Part shown: positions 8,612 to 17,691 of the stretch, one piece after another
Layout of the letters: the number at the start of each line of letters is the position of its first letter
How positions within the stretch are numbered: position 1 is the first letter of the stretch
IMG/VR virus record: IMGVR_UViG_3300028393_000022
Length of the DNA stretch: 64,000 nucleotides
From: a virus
Reading direction: 5' to 3' (one strand)
Made by a program: the position numbers and the translations under genes
The notes under the pieces: model-generated
Seen by the model: the letters and a program-made list of their open reading frames with translations, nothing else
Databases searched by the model: none
Told to the model about the DNA's origin: nothing

Positions 8612-11600
8612 ATGGCAACTACTTACTTTTCTAATACACCGCCTGGTGCAGCATCATCAACAACGAATATTACTGTTGAAAACATTCCTAACGATTATTT
8701 TTTAAACGCTAAAGCAAAAATAAATCTCAAGTCCGGTGCTGATACTAGTATCACAGCCGGCGGAAAAGCAGAAATTGACGCAAACAGTGATGTAAAAATA
8801 ATTTCTGAAGGCGGTATTGTTGCAATTGAATCGAGTGCCGACAAAATAACTATAAAAGCAGCAACTGATGTTACAGTTACTGCTAGAGGCAAGGCTATTG
8901 TAGATGCTCCCGAAACTGATATTTTACATGATTCTGTATTAGGATCCGATGTTGGGACTGATACAACTGAATTTAAATCAAAAATTAAAAGTAATATTCT
9001 GCCTAAAGGAACTAATTATAACATAGGCGATGCTAGTAATATTTGGAAAAAATCTTTTTTTGATGAGGGAGAATATTTTAGCGAAAATAACGTAGGCAAT
9101 CAATACTTAGAATACGGCGTTAATGGCCGACCTTATAACCCAGCTGACATATATGATACTGCTGAACACAGAAAAACTGGTGCAGTATACGTACACGGTG
9201 GTGTAGGTATTGAGAAAGATTTAAACGTTGGTGGTAGAATTTATGGTCGTATTGAAATTGCCAACACATCTTTCCAAATTGTTGTTACCGCAACAAATGC
9301 GGACATTGTATTTCATCCGTTATTTGCAAGAAGTACCGGCGAACAATTTTTATTTGTAGATATCCAAGGTATTGACCAAGGAGGCTCAGCAGGACTGACA
9401 TACAATCCCTATACTGGTAAGTTGGGAACAGAATTATTAAAAGTTGTATCCACTTCTGCTGCAAATTCAACCGATGGTGCTGTAAGAGTTGAGGGTGGTA
9501 TTAGTGTTGGTAAGAACATTGTTACTAAAGAAATTACACCCCCTGATGATGCAGATGTTGCAACAGAAATTTACTCGGTTGGTGTTAATTCTAGCCAATG
9601 GGCAGACGCATACGTACATAATTTATATACTAGGGTAATTGGTTCTACTACTGGTACAATTGAAATGCGTCCAGATGCTGGCGTTGTTGACATGTTTAGC
9701 GATATTAGAGTAAGAGGACAGAATCCAATCGGTACTGCTCCTGTTGTTACAAACATCTTATATGTCACTATGGACGGCGCCGATACTAATGATGGTCGCG
9801 CAATGGATCCAAGCCGGGCTTGTCGTACAATTGGGGCAGCATTGAAGAGTCCTTATTATCAGTCTGGCACACAAATACGTGTTGCACCGGGACATTACTT
9901 AGAAGACAATCCTCTACAATTGAAACCATATACAAGTATTATGGGTTCGGACTTAAGGACATGTAGTATTGAACCAATTAATAAAACACAAGATTTATTC
10001 CATGTTAATAGCGGATGCTATCTTGCATTCATGCAATTCTTGAACGGACGTAGTGGATTGTTAGAAGGCCCATATGATCCTCAATATAATCGAGGAGCAT
10101 ATTGCACATCATTTCCTCCTCTAGAAGGTGATGCACGTATTGATCTGTTCCATTCGCCATACATTCAAAACTGTACTAATCAAAATGGTCCATGGTTAAC
10201 AGATGGTACTATGTTTGTTCCAAATCAAACTGTGCAAATTCCTAGAGTTGTTGGCACAGGTACATGGATCGCTAACACAACTACTTTGGTTATTCATGCA
10301 ACTACTGGCACAATTGCTCAAGGCGATTATATTAATGCTGGACAACAAAATCCAGGATTTTTTGAAGCCCGCACATTGATGCTAGCCAATAAACCTTTCT
10401 TGCAAGAACAAGTTGTTGCTTATGTTGATGTTACATTTAACACGAGCTCTTTTAGTTATAATGTAACAAAATGTCGTCGAGATATTGGGTTAATTTTAGA
10501 CAGCATTTCTACCGACATGCTATACAACGATACTAGTGATAGCACATTTGCTGGCTTACAATATTGGAATCAAACTAGTTCTGCTATTGCAGGAGAACAA
10601 ACTACTACTACAAATGCAATTAATTATCTAAAAGGGTTAGCTGCAACTGTTGCATTAAACGCAGGTAGTTCATCTGCACAAACAAGAGTAAACACGCTGT
10701 TTACAGTTATTACTGATATTATAACCAATGGTACTGTTGGAGTAAGTGATTCGATTATTGCAAACGGATTACCTAGTACTGATCCTCAGTACACTAATGC
10801 ATATACTGCTTTATTGGCAAATAAAGAAACATTTAAGACACAAGTTCTATCATGGATTGGGTCTAACTATCCAACATTTGTTTATAATACATCTACATGT
10901 GCAAGAGACGTTGGATACATTATCGATAGCGTAGCATTTGATGTTCTGCACTCCGGCAATAGACAGAGTATTAAATCTGGAGTTTATTATTACAATTACA
11001 GTACAACTAGTACAACAATTGCAAATCAAATTCCACAGACTACATTAGCATATAATTTTATTAAATCAATTATTACTAATATTGTAACTGGTATTCCGTT
11101 ACCTACAGTATACCAAACAGCTACTACTCAAGTTATTATTGGCCAGCCTATAGCCAGTAGTTACGAAGCAATTTCTTTACAAAATAAAATTGATATTATA
11201 ACTGATATTATTAGGCATGGTCCTAGTGTTGCAGTTAATCAAACACCCGAGTATGTTACTCTTTCGATCAATGAAGAAAAAGTAAACGCATTTAATATGT
11301 TGTTAACTAATAAAGATTTTATTAAAGCAGAAGTAATAGCTTACTTAAATAAAAACGCAAACACATTTAATTATAGTAAAGAACTTTGCTATAGAGACAC
11401 TGGAATATTAATTGAAAACGTTGCATATGATGCTGCTTTTGGTGGTAATGAAAAATCCATCCAAAGTGGTTTAGCATATTACGACGGAGTTATTAGTAGG
11501 ATATCTGGACAAGAAACCCAAACTTCTGCTGCCATTGACTATCTAAGTAAAATGGTCCAGTCCATCATTGTTAATAACACATGGACTAATATTTTAACGG

Positions 11601-14600
11601 TGCCGGCAGTTATTGCACCTTATGGCACACATAACCAAGTTAGAAACACTGTGATGACACGGGGTGCTGTTGCCTCAAGCGCAATAGATCAGTGTTTCAA
11701 CACAATTACCGTTATCATTAATAACGGTCCAACAGCAGCACCTGCTATGTATAAGTCAGGCTGCCCCGATGCGGCATTTGTCAGTGCTGAAATTTTAATG
11801 CAGGCAAATCGTAGATTTATTCAAGAAGATACAATCAACTGGATCAACAACACTGTTAAGGCATTCCCTTACAGCAGAATAAAGTGCAAGAGAGATATTA
11901 ATATTATTGTTGATTCTATAGCTTACGACTTATTGTATCCTACTGCTAAGAGAAGTCAAAGTACTTTCTCAGCATTACAATATTGGTCTCAAGGAAATTA
12001 CACAGGCATTATTGAAGCTCAACTTGGCCCAACAATTGATGCAATTAAATATCTAAAAGAATTATCAGTTAAAGTTGTACAAAATATTAAACCTACTGAC
12101 GACCTAGTTAATAGATATCAGTTTGTTGTTTCTCAAAATACGTCATTAGAATCTGCTAGCTCAGTAGAGGCCGCATTAATTGCTGCAAATTTTGATATTA
12201 TACTTTCCATTGTTAAAGGAAATAGCAAAGGATGGACTGACAAAATAGTTCCTAACGGACCAGAAACTAATTTATTAGGTATTAAAAATGCTTTTAATTT
12301 ATTAGAAGCTAACAAAGCATATATGGCAGCTGAAGTAATTGCATATATCACAGCAGTTCATCCTAATTTTACCGCATATAGTACATCTACCTGTGCTCGT
12401 GATGTTGGGTTAATTACTGATTCGATTGCATTTGATTTAAAACATGGCGGTAATAGACAAGCAATTCAAGCAGGCCTAAGTTATTATTCAGTGTCTGGCT
12501 CTACAAATACTATACACGGTCAGGAAACACAAACAATTGTTGCCTTTAATAGGATTAAAGATATTGTTGATGGAATTATGACTGGCAACTTAGTTGCAGC
12601 AAGTACTGGAACTATTGCTTCACAAGTAATATTACCTAATGTTGCTACTTTGAGTGAAGTAAGATATGTTCAACAATCTATCTCTACTATTACAGATATC
12701 ATAATTTATGGTCCTAGCATATCAAGTGGATTAACCAGTATTGCCTTAACTGCAAGTACTGTAACTTCTGTAATAAATGGTTTTAATTTACTACAGGCCA
12801 ACAAGAAATTCATAGTTGATGATGTAATACATTTTATCGATTGGAACTATAATAGGTCTAGTTTTGATTATAATGAGGAACTATGCTATCGTGATACGGG
12901 ACTTATTGTCGATGCAGTGAGCCAAGATATTTTATTAGGCGGAAATTACAAATCAGTAGAAGCTGGTTTAGCTTATTGGAATTTTGGTTACAACCAAGTA
13001 GCTGGTCAAGAAACCACAACTACTATGGCGTTAAATTATGCTAGAGATATAGCATTACAAATCATTGCCAATACACCCGTTACTCCTCAAACACAAACTA
13101 GTATAACACAAGTTATTAATCCATTCTTTGAATACGGTGGCGACTATATGCCACAAGAAGCAATAAAACGCAATTTTAAAATTATTACTGATATTATTCA
13201 GAAGGGTCCAATGTATGCTCCACCCCGTTATATGGGGGGAGGATTATTTGCTCTAGTTGGTATCAATGGAGCCGATGTTAAAATTTCTCCTAGAGTAACG
13301 TCAGTTACCACAGTGACAACTGGCACATACATTGTAGGTTTAGATACTTCAACAGTCGGCTTTGGCAACAACGCAACATTATACTTTGGTGATACATTAG
13401 TTTATCCTAAACAAAATGCAGAAGTAGAAGCACTAAGTTTAGAATACACAGGCGATGCAACCACATGGAATCGACGTAAGGTTGATCCTATCGGTGGCAT
13501 GGGCGGTAGTTTAGTTGATGGTGCAGTTATCAGCTCACGTAGTCCTATTAACAGTTTTGTATATGATGCATTTACGCAGGTTAATCAAGGAGGCCGCGGC
13601 ATTAGAATCACTAATGATGGATATGCACAATTAGTTTCTGTGTTTACAATTTTCTGTTCTACCGGAGTGCAAGTTGACAACGGCGGAATTGCATCTATTG
13701 TTAACAGTAACGCCAACTTTGGCGATCTTTGTTTAGTTGCTAAAGGTTATGGACAACGCAAATTCAGCGGCACTGTTTATAATCCTGTAAACAAGTCATA
13801 CCCAGATGATCCAGAATTTAACAATTATTACCCGGCAGGATATTGGCCAAATAATGCTCGTGCAAGAGTCTTTATCCCTGACCTAGCAGATCGTCCACAT
13901 ATTTCTCTAGTAATGGAAGTTGTACCTCCCGATACAATGGTAGATTATACAGGATTGGTCGTACCTCAGGCAAACGAACAAGGATTTTCAGGATTCTTAA
14001 ATGCTGTTCCTAATTTGGGAATCTTAACTACGGGAACTATTACATTAACTGGTATTGATACTACTGGCATTGCTGTAGGTAATGCATTATACATAAGAGA
14101 TCAAAATGGTAGCCAAACTGGTACAAATGGCATATTATATGCTGCTAAGGATACTATTGTTACCGATGTAGGATATCAAAGTGTTACATTAAACAAAGCA
14201 TTAACTAGTGGCGGATTCGATCCTACAAATACAACATCAACAGTTAATTCTAACTATTTTAATTTGTATTTCTGTGGTAATGCATACTATACAGTATTGA
14301 GTAGCGAAATTGGTGATAATCCTGTGCCAGTTGGAACAAATGTGATACGTGATGTAATTACAGGAGATCAGCGTCCTGCACATATTTCTTCATTACAGAG
14401 ATTAAATTCTATTGTTATCCAAGCTATTAAGAATCAGGCTATTACTACTTCTACTACCTATGTAGTAGCAAAACAATCGTTTGAACCATTATTAACCGAT
14501 GGTGGTTTTGCCGAAACATTTATCAATCAAAGATTTGAAAACTTAATTCAAATTATTAATCCAACGCTGGCATCCCCTCCGTTATCAGATGACCTTACCG

Positions 14601-15238
14601 GGGCCGAATCAGTTGTTAAACCAGCATTAAGGACAAAAACAGGGCCAGCAGTGCAGGGCGCCGGTTCAGCAATTTCCTTAATTGAACAGAATATGGAATT
14701 CTTTGCTGAAGAAATATATGCTTATGTACAGGCAACCTTTACATTAACATATAACAAAGCAAAATGTCAGAGAGATGTTAAGTTGATATTACAACGTTTG
14801 ATATACGATATTGAAACTGGCGGAAGATATAATACTGTTATGAGTGGATTAAGTTACTGGCAGAGAGAAGGGACACACCACATAATTCAATTAGGTGAAA
14901 ATATTACTAGAACAGACTTACTACCTGACGGTGCTAGTGTTAATTTTTATCAACGTAGTTACATTAGTGCATCTGGTTATGTATTTGAATATGTTGGTGC
15001 AGGAACTAACTACGGAGCATTACCACAAGTAGGCCGTGCTGATCCTGTACAAACTAAAGAAACTGTACAGTTAGATAGTGGTAAGGTATTCTTTACAAGT
15101 ACTGACCAAAACGGTGACTTCCGTATTGGTCCTGGACTAGTTATCAGTCAAGCAACAGGTGTTCTAAGTGGTAGAACATTTACTAAATCATTATTTGCTA
15201 ATATGACACCGTTCATCTTAGCTATTGAAGCAGGTTAA
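8612..15238 (+). CDS. giant virion structural protein: fibre-like N-terminus, split pectin-lyase-like beta-helix, seven CxRD helical repeats
   Basis: beta-helix cap LYVTMDGADTNDG..RTIGAAL..VAPGHY; CxRD at residues 621, 763, 926, 1092, 1261, 1425 and 2052; late box at 8591 and GAGG SD. Confidence 0.75.
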   Translation: MATTYFSNTPPGAASSTTNITVENIPNDYFLNAKAKINLKSGADTSITAGGKAEIDANSDVKIISEGGIVAIESSADKITIKAATDVTVTARGKAIVDAPETDILHDSVLGSDVGTDTTEFKSKIKSNILPKGTNYNIGDASNIWKKSFFDEGEYFSENNVGNQYLEYGVNGRPYNPADIYDTAEHRKTGAVYVHGGVGIEKDLNVGGRIYGRIEIANTSFQIVVTATNADIVFHPLFARSTGEQFLFVDIQGIDQGGSAGLTYNPYTGKLGTELLKVVSTSAANSTDGAVRVEGGISVGKNIVTKEITPPDDADVATEIYSVGVNSSQWADAYVHNLYTRVIGSTTGTIEMRPDAGVVDMFSDIRVRGQNPIGTAPVVTNILYVTMDGADTNDGRAMDPSRACRTIGAALKSPYYQSGTQIRVAPGHYLEDNPLQLKPYTSIMGSDLRTCSIEPINKTQDLFHVNSGCYLAFMQFLNGRSGLLEGPYDPQYNRGAYCTSFPPLEGDARIDLFHSPYIQNCTNQNGPWLTDGTMFVPNQTVQIPRVVGTGTWIANTTTLVIHATTGTIAQGDYINAGQQNPGFFEARTLMLANKPFLQEQVVAYVDVTFNTSSFSYNVTKCRRDIGLILDSISTDMLYNDTSDSTFAGLQYWNQTSSAIAGEQTTTTNAINYLKGLAATVALNAGSSSAQTRVNTLFTVITDIITNGTVGVSDSIIANGLPSTDPQYTNAYTALLANKETFKTQVLSWIGSNYPTFVYNTSTCARDVGYIIDSVAFDVLHSGNRQSIKSGVYYYNYSTTSTTIANQIPQTTLAYNFIKSIITNIVTGIPLPTVYQTATTQVIIGQPIASSYEAISLQNKIDIITDIIRHGPSVAVNQTPEYVTLSINEEKVNAFNMLLTNKDFIKAEVIAYLNKNANTFNYSKELCYRDTGILIENVAYDAAFGGNEKSIQSGLAYYDGVISRISGQETQTSAAIDYLSKMVQSIIVNNTWTNILTVPAVIAPYGTHNQVRNTVMTRGAVASSAIDQCFNTITVIINNGPTAAPAMYKSGCPDAAFVSAEILMQANRRFIQEDTINWINNTVKAFPYSRIKCKRDINIIVDSIAYDLLYPTAKRSQSTFSALQYWSQGNYTGIIEAQLGPTIDAIKYLKELSVKVVQNIKPTDDLVNRYQFVVSQNTSLESASSVEAALIAANFDIILSIVKGNSKGWTDKIVPNGPETNLLGIKNAFNLLEANKAYMAAEVIAYITAVHPNFTAYSTSTCARDVGLITDSIAFDLKHGGNRQAIQAGLSYYSVSGSTNTIHGQETQTIVAFNRIKDIVDGIMTGNLVAASTGTIASQVILPNVATLSEVRYVQQSISTITDIIIYGPSISSGLTSIALTASTVTSVINGFNLLQANKKFIVDDVIHFIDWNYNRSSFDYNEELCYRDTGLIVDAVSQDILLGGNYKSVEAGLAYWNFGYNQVAGQETTTTMALNYARDIALQIIANTPVTPQTQTSITQVINPFFEYGGDYMPQEAIKRNFKIITDIIQKGPMYAPPRYMGGGLFALVGINGADVKISPRVTSVTTVTTGTYIVGLDTSTVGFGNNATLYFGDTLVYPKQNAEVEALSLEYTGDATTWNRRKVDPIGGMGGSLVDGAVISSRSPINSFVYDAFTQVNQGGRGIRITNDGYAQLVSVFTIFCSTGVQVDNGGIASIVNSNANFGDLCLVAKGYGQRKFSGTVYNPVNKSYPDDPEFNNYYPAGYWPNNARARVFIPDLADRPHISLVMEVVPPDTMVDYTGLVVPQANEQGFSGFLNAVPNLGILTTGTITLTGIDTTGIAVGNALYIRDQNGSQTGTNGILYAAKDTIVTDVGYQSVTLNKALTSGGFDPTNTTSTVNSNYFNLYFCGNAYYTVLSSEIGDNPVPVGTNVIRDVITGDQRPAHISSLQRLNSIVIQAIKNQAITTSTTYVVAKQSFEPLLTDGGFAETFINQRFENLIQIINPTLASPPLSDDLTGAESVVKPALRTKTGPAVQGAGSAISLIEQNMEFFAEEIYAYVQATFTLTYNKAKCQRDVKLILQRLIYDIETGGRYNTVMSGLSYWQREGTHHIIQLGENITRTDLLPDGASVNFYQRSYISASGYVFEYVGAGTNYGALPQVGRADPVQTKETVQLDSGKVFFTSTDQNGDFRIGPGLVISQATGVLSGRTFTKSLFANMTPFILAIEAG

Positions 15239-15250
15239 AAAGGAAATATT

Positions 15251-15646
15251 ATGGCGTTAATTCCATTAAACACATTTAAAACAAAGACTAAACTGTTGCC
15301 AGGTTATTCATTAACTACAGCAACTGTAACCGCATATGTTGCACCAATTGGGGTAACATCAATTGTACTTATGGCACAGATTGCTAACATAAGTACTCAA
15401 ACACAAACTGTAAGTTTTATTCATTATAGAAAACGTCCAGTACTACGAGATGCTCAAGGCAACGGATTTCAAGATGCAGAAACACCCAGCTATCTCGTAA
15501 AAGACTTTACTATTCCCGCAGGGGATGCAGGTAGTGCATTATCTGGAAAATTAATTGTTGAAAGTTTAGATAGTGTTCAAGCATATGCTTCGACTACTGG
15601 AACTTGTCAATTAACTTTAAGTATTTTAGAGACTGCAAATGCTTAA
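15251..15646 (+). CDS. small virion protein
   Basis: AAGGA SD; beta-rich; follows the giant gene in the same operon. Confidence 0.6.
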   Translation: MALIPLNTFKTKTKLLPGYSLTTATVTAYVAPIGVTSIVLMAQIANISTQTQTVSFIHYRKRPVLRDAQGNGFQDAETPSYLVKDFTIPAGDAGSALSGKLIVESLDSVQAYASTTGTCQLTLSILETANA

Positions 15647-16775
15647 TCTACTAAGCGGATCATTACTACGTAGTGGGGGAAGTGGAGACTTCATTAAATT
15701 AGCTAATGCGCAACCTCAGCTACCGCCTACTCTTACGACTTCTACAGGCTACACACTAATTACTGATAGTTTATTAAGAACTAGTTATAGGTCAAGTTTA
15801 GGTAATATTGAATTTAACAATGCTGCTATGTGGAGTAACTTAGCAACTTCTGGCACAATAATTATCCTTGCTACCGGTACTAATATAACATCTACTGGAA
15901 CCAATACCGGCTTATTGGTAGTTCAGGGAGATATTGGTGTCGGCGGCACAATGAATATTCAGAAAGATATTACAGTCAACGGTATTACCATTGGTAAAGG
16001 GTTTGAAGGTCTTAATAACATCATCATTAGGGGAACTGCATCCCCTCAAGTGGACACTTTTGAAAACGGCCAAGAAACTATTGCAATTGGTTATAACACA
16101 TTAGAAGGCATTTCTAGTTCTTATAGAAACATTGGTATTGGACGGTTTGTACTACAAAGCGGCACAAATATATCTAACAACATTGGTATTGGTGACGGAG
16201 CATTACGATTAGTAGGTACAACTTCTACAATTAATGACAGCAATATTGGTATTGGTGTTGGAGCTGGAAAGAGTTTAATAGCAGGCCAATACAATATTTT
16301 TATGGGCCATGAAACAGCAAATACATGGAATACTGGATCGTACAACATTATTTTAGGTCAGCTCTCATTAACATCTATCAATAGCGGATCTGGTATTATT
16401 AGCATCGGCGGAGACAATATTGTTGATGGATTAGACAATCAGGTTAATATTGGATCAGTATTCTACTACGACGGTAGAGGGTATGCCTATATTGCTGCTG
16501 ATACTTCAGTAGGATTAGGAACTGACTCAACGAGCACTAATTCAGGTGCATTGATTGTCTCTGGCGGAGTTGGTATTGCAGGAAAAGTATATAGTGGTGA
16601 GACTGGCAACCCACAAGAAGATTATCTGTTGTACACCCCACAAGTTTTCACTACGTCGACTAAACCCCCGGTATCGAGGATTGGAGACATATGGATTGAT
16701 CCTACTATTCCAGCGTACCTACAGTATATAAAAGATGGTACTAGCACTTTCTGGATTCAGGTAGGTGCGGTATAA
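15639..16775 (+). CDS. fibre protein with NIGIG (trimeric beta-roll-like) repeats
   Basis: repeated NIGIG/NIFMG/NIILG motifs and GALIVSGGVGI; C-terminal GDIWID module. Confidence 0.65.
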   Translation: MLNLLSGSLLRSGGSGDFIKLANAQPQLPPTLTTSTGYTLITDSLLRTSYRSSLGNIEFNNAAMWSNLATSGTIIILATGTNITSTGTNTGLLVVQGDIGVGGTMNIQKDITVNGITIGKGFEGLNNIIIRGTASPQVDTFENGQETIAIGYNTLEGISSSYRNIGIGRFVLQSGTNISNNIGIGDGALRLVGTTSTINDSNIGIGVGAGKSLIAGQYNIFMGHETANTWNTGSYNIILGQLSLTSINSGSGIISIGGDNIVDGLDNQVNIGSVFYYDGRGYAYIAADTSVGLGTDSTSTNSGALIVSGGVGIAGKVYSGETGNPQEDYLLYTPQVFTTSTKPPVSRIGDIWIDPTIPAYLQYIKDGTSTFWIQVGAV

Positions 16776-16794
16776 TTATAAAGAGTAAAAAAAC

Positions 16795-17676
16795 ATGGCA
16801 TCATTAAATTTTCCAGCAAATCCTAACTCCGGCGATACATGGACTCTAGGGTCAAAAACATATCAATGGAACGGATCAGCTTGGCTAGTCCAGAGTCAAA
16901 ATAATCTTGCATCAGGCATGGTTGTTATTACCAGTACAACAAATGCAACTAGCACCACTACAGGAGCATTAGTAGTGGCGGGCGGTATAGGAATGGGCGG
17001 AGATCTATGGATTGGTGGAACTATCTATTCAAATAGTATTCCAGTCCTTACTACATCTAGCCTCGGCGGACAAGTATTTGGCGGTACTGATATTACTGTT
17101 ACAAGCACGGGTACTAGTTCTACATCATATCTAAGATTTGATAACACTAGCACATTACAAACAGTCACAGGTAGGGGACACACTACTACTAACTTAATGG
17201 TATTTTCTAATGCCACTGAATCAGTATCAACCAATACAGGCGCATTGGTAGTAGCAGGCGGCATTGGTGTAGGTAAACGAATAAATTGTGAAAGCCTAAG
17301 AATACAAGACTCGGTATTTGATTCTAGTTTAGTACGGGTAAATACAACTGCTAGTACAGTTATAGACAGTTATTTGTTGGCAGATTTTAGATCGGCAAAA
17401 TATTTTGTTCAAATTGCATCAGGCGGTGGAGGAGACCATACATTAAATACAGCTACGTTTCAATCGGTTGAATTGATATTAGTAGCAGATAACACTGGTG
17501 CGGTATACGCAACTGAATATGGTTTAGTAGTTACTGGCGGTATAAGCGGAGGAGCTAGTTTAGGAACCTTCCAGGCAGATTTGAGTTTAATAGATAGCAC
17601 AGTTAGATTATATTTTAATCCTACATTGGCAACAAATAAAACAATTAAAGTTCTTAGAACCGGTATGGCATCGTAA
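16795..17676 (+). CDS. fibre/decoration protein
   Basis: N-terminal FPANPNSGD..YQWNGSAW module; GALVVAGGIG repeats. Confidence 0.65.
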   Translation: MASLNFPANPNSGDTWTLGSKTYQWNGSAWLVQSQNNLASGMVVITSTTNATSTTTGALVVAGGIGMGGDLWIGGTIYSNSIPVLTTSSLGGQVFGGTDITVTSTGTSSTSYLRFDNTSTLQTVTGRGHTTTNLMVFSNATESVSTNTGALVVAGGIGVGKRINCESLRIQDSVFDSSLVRVNTTASTVIDSYLLADFRSAKYFVQIASGGGGDHTLNTATFQSVELILVADNTGAVYATEYGLVVTGGISGGASLGTFQADLSLIDSTVRLYFNPTLATNKTIKVLRTGMAS

Positions 17677-17691
17677 AGGAAGATCACTACT

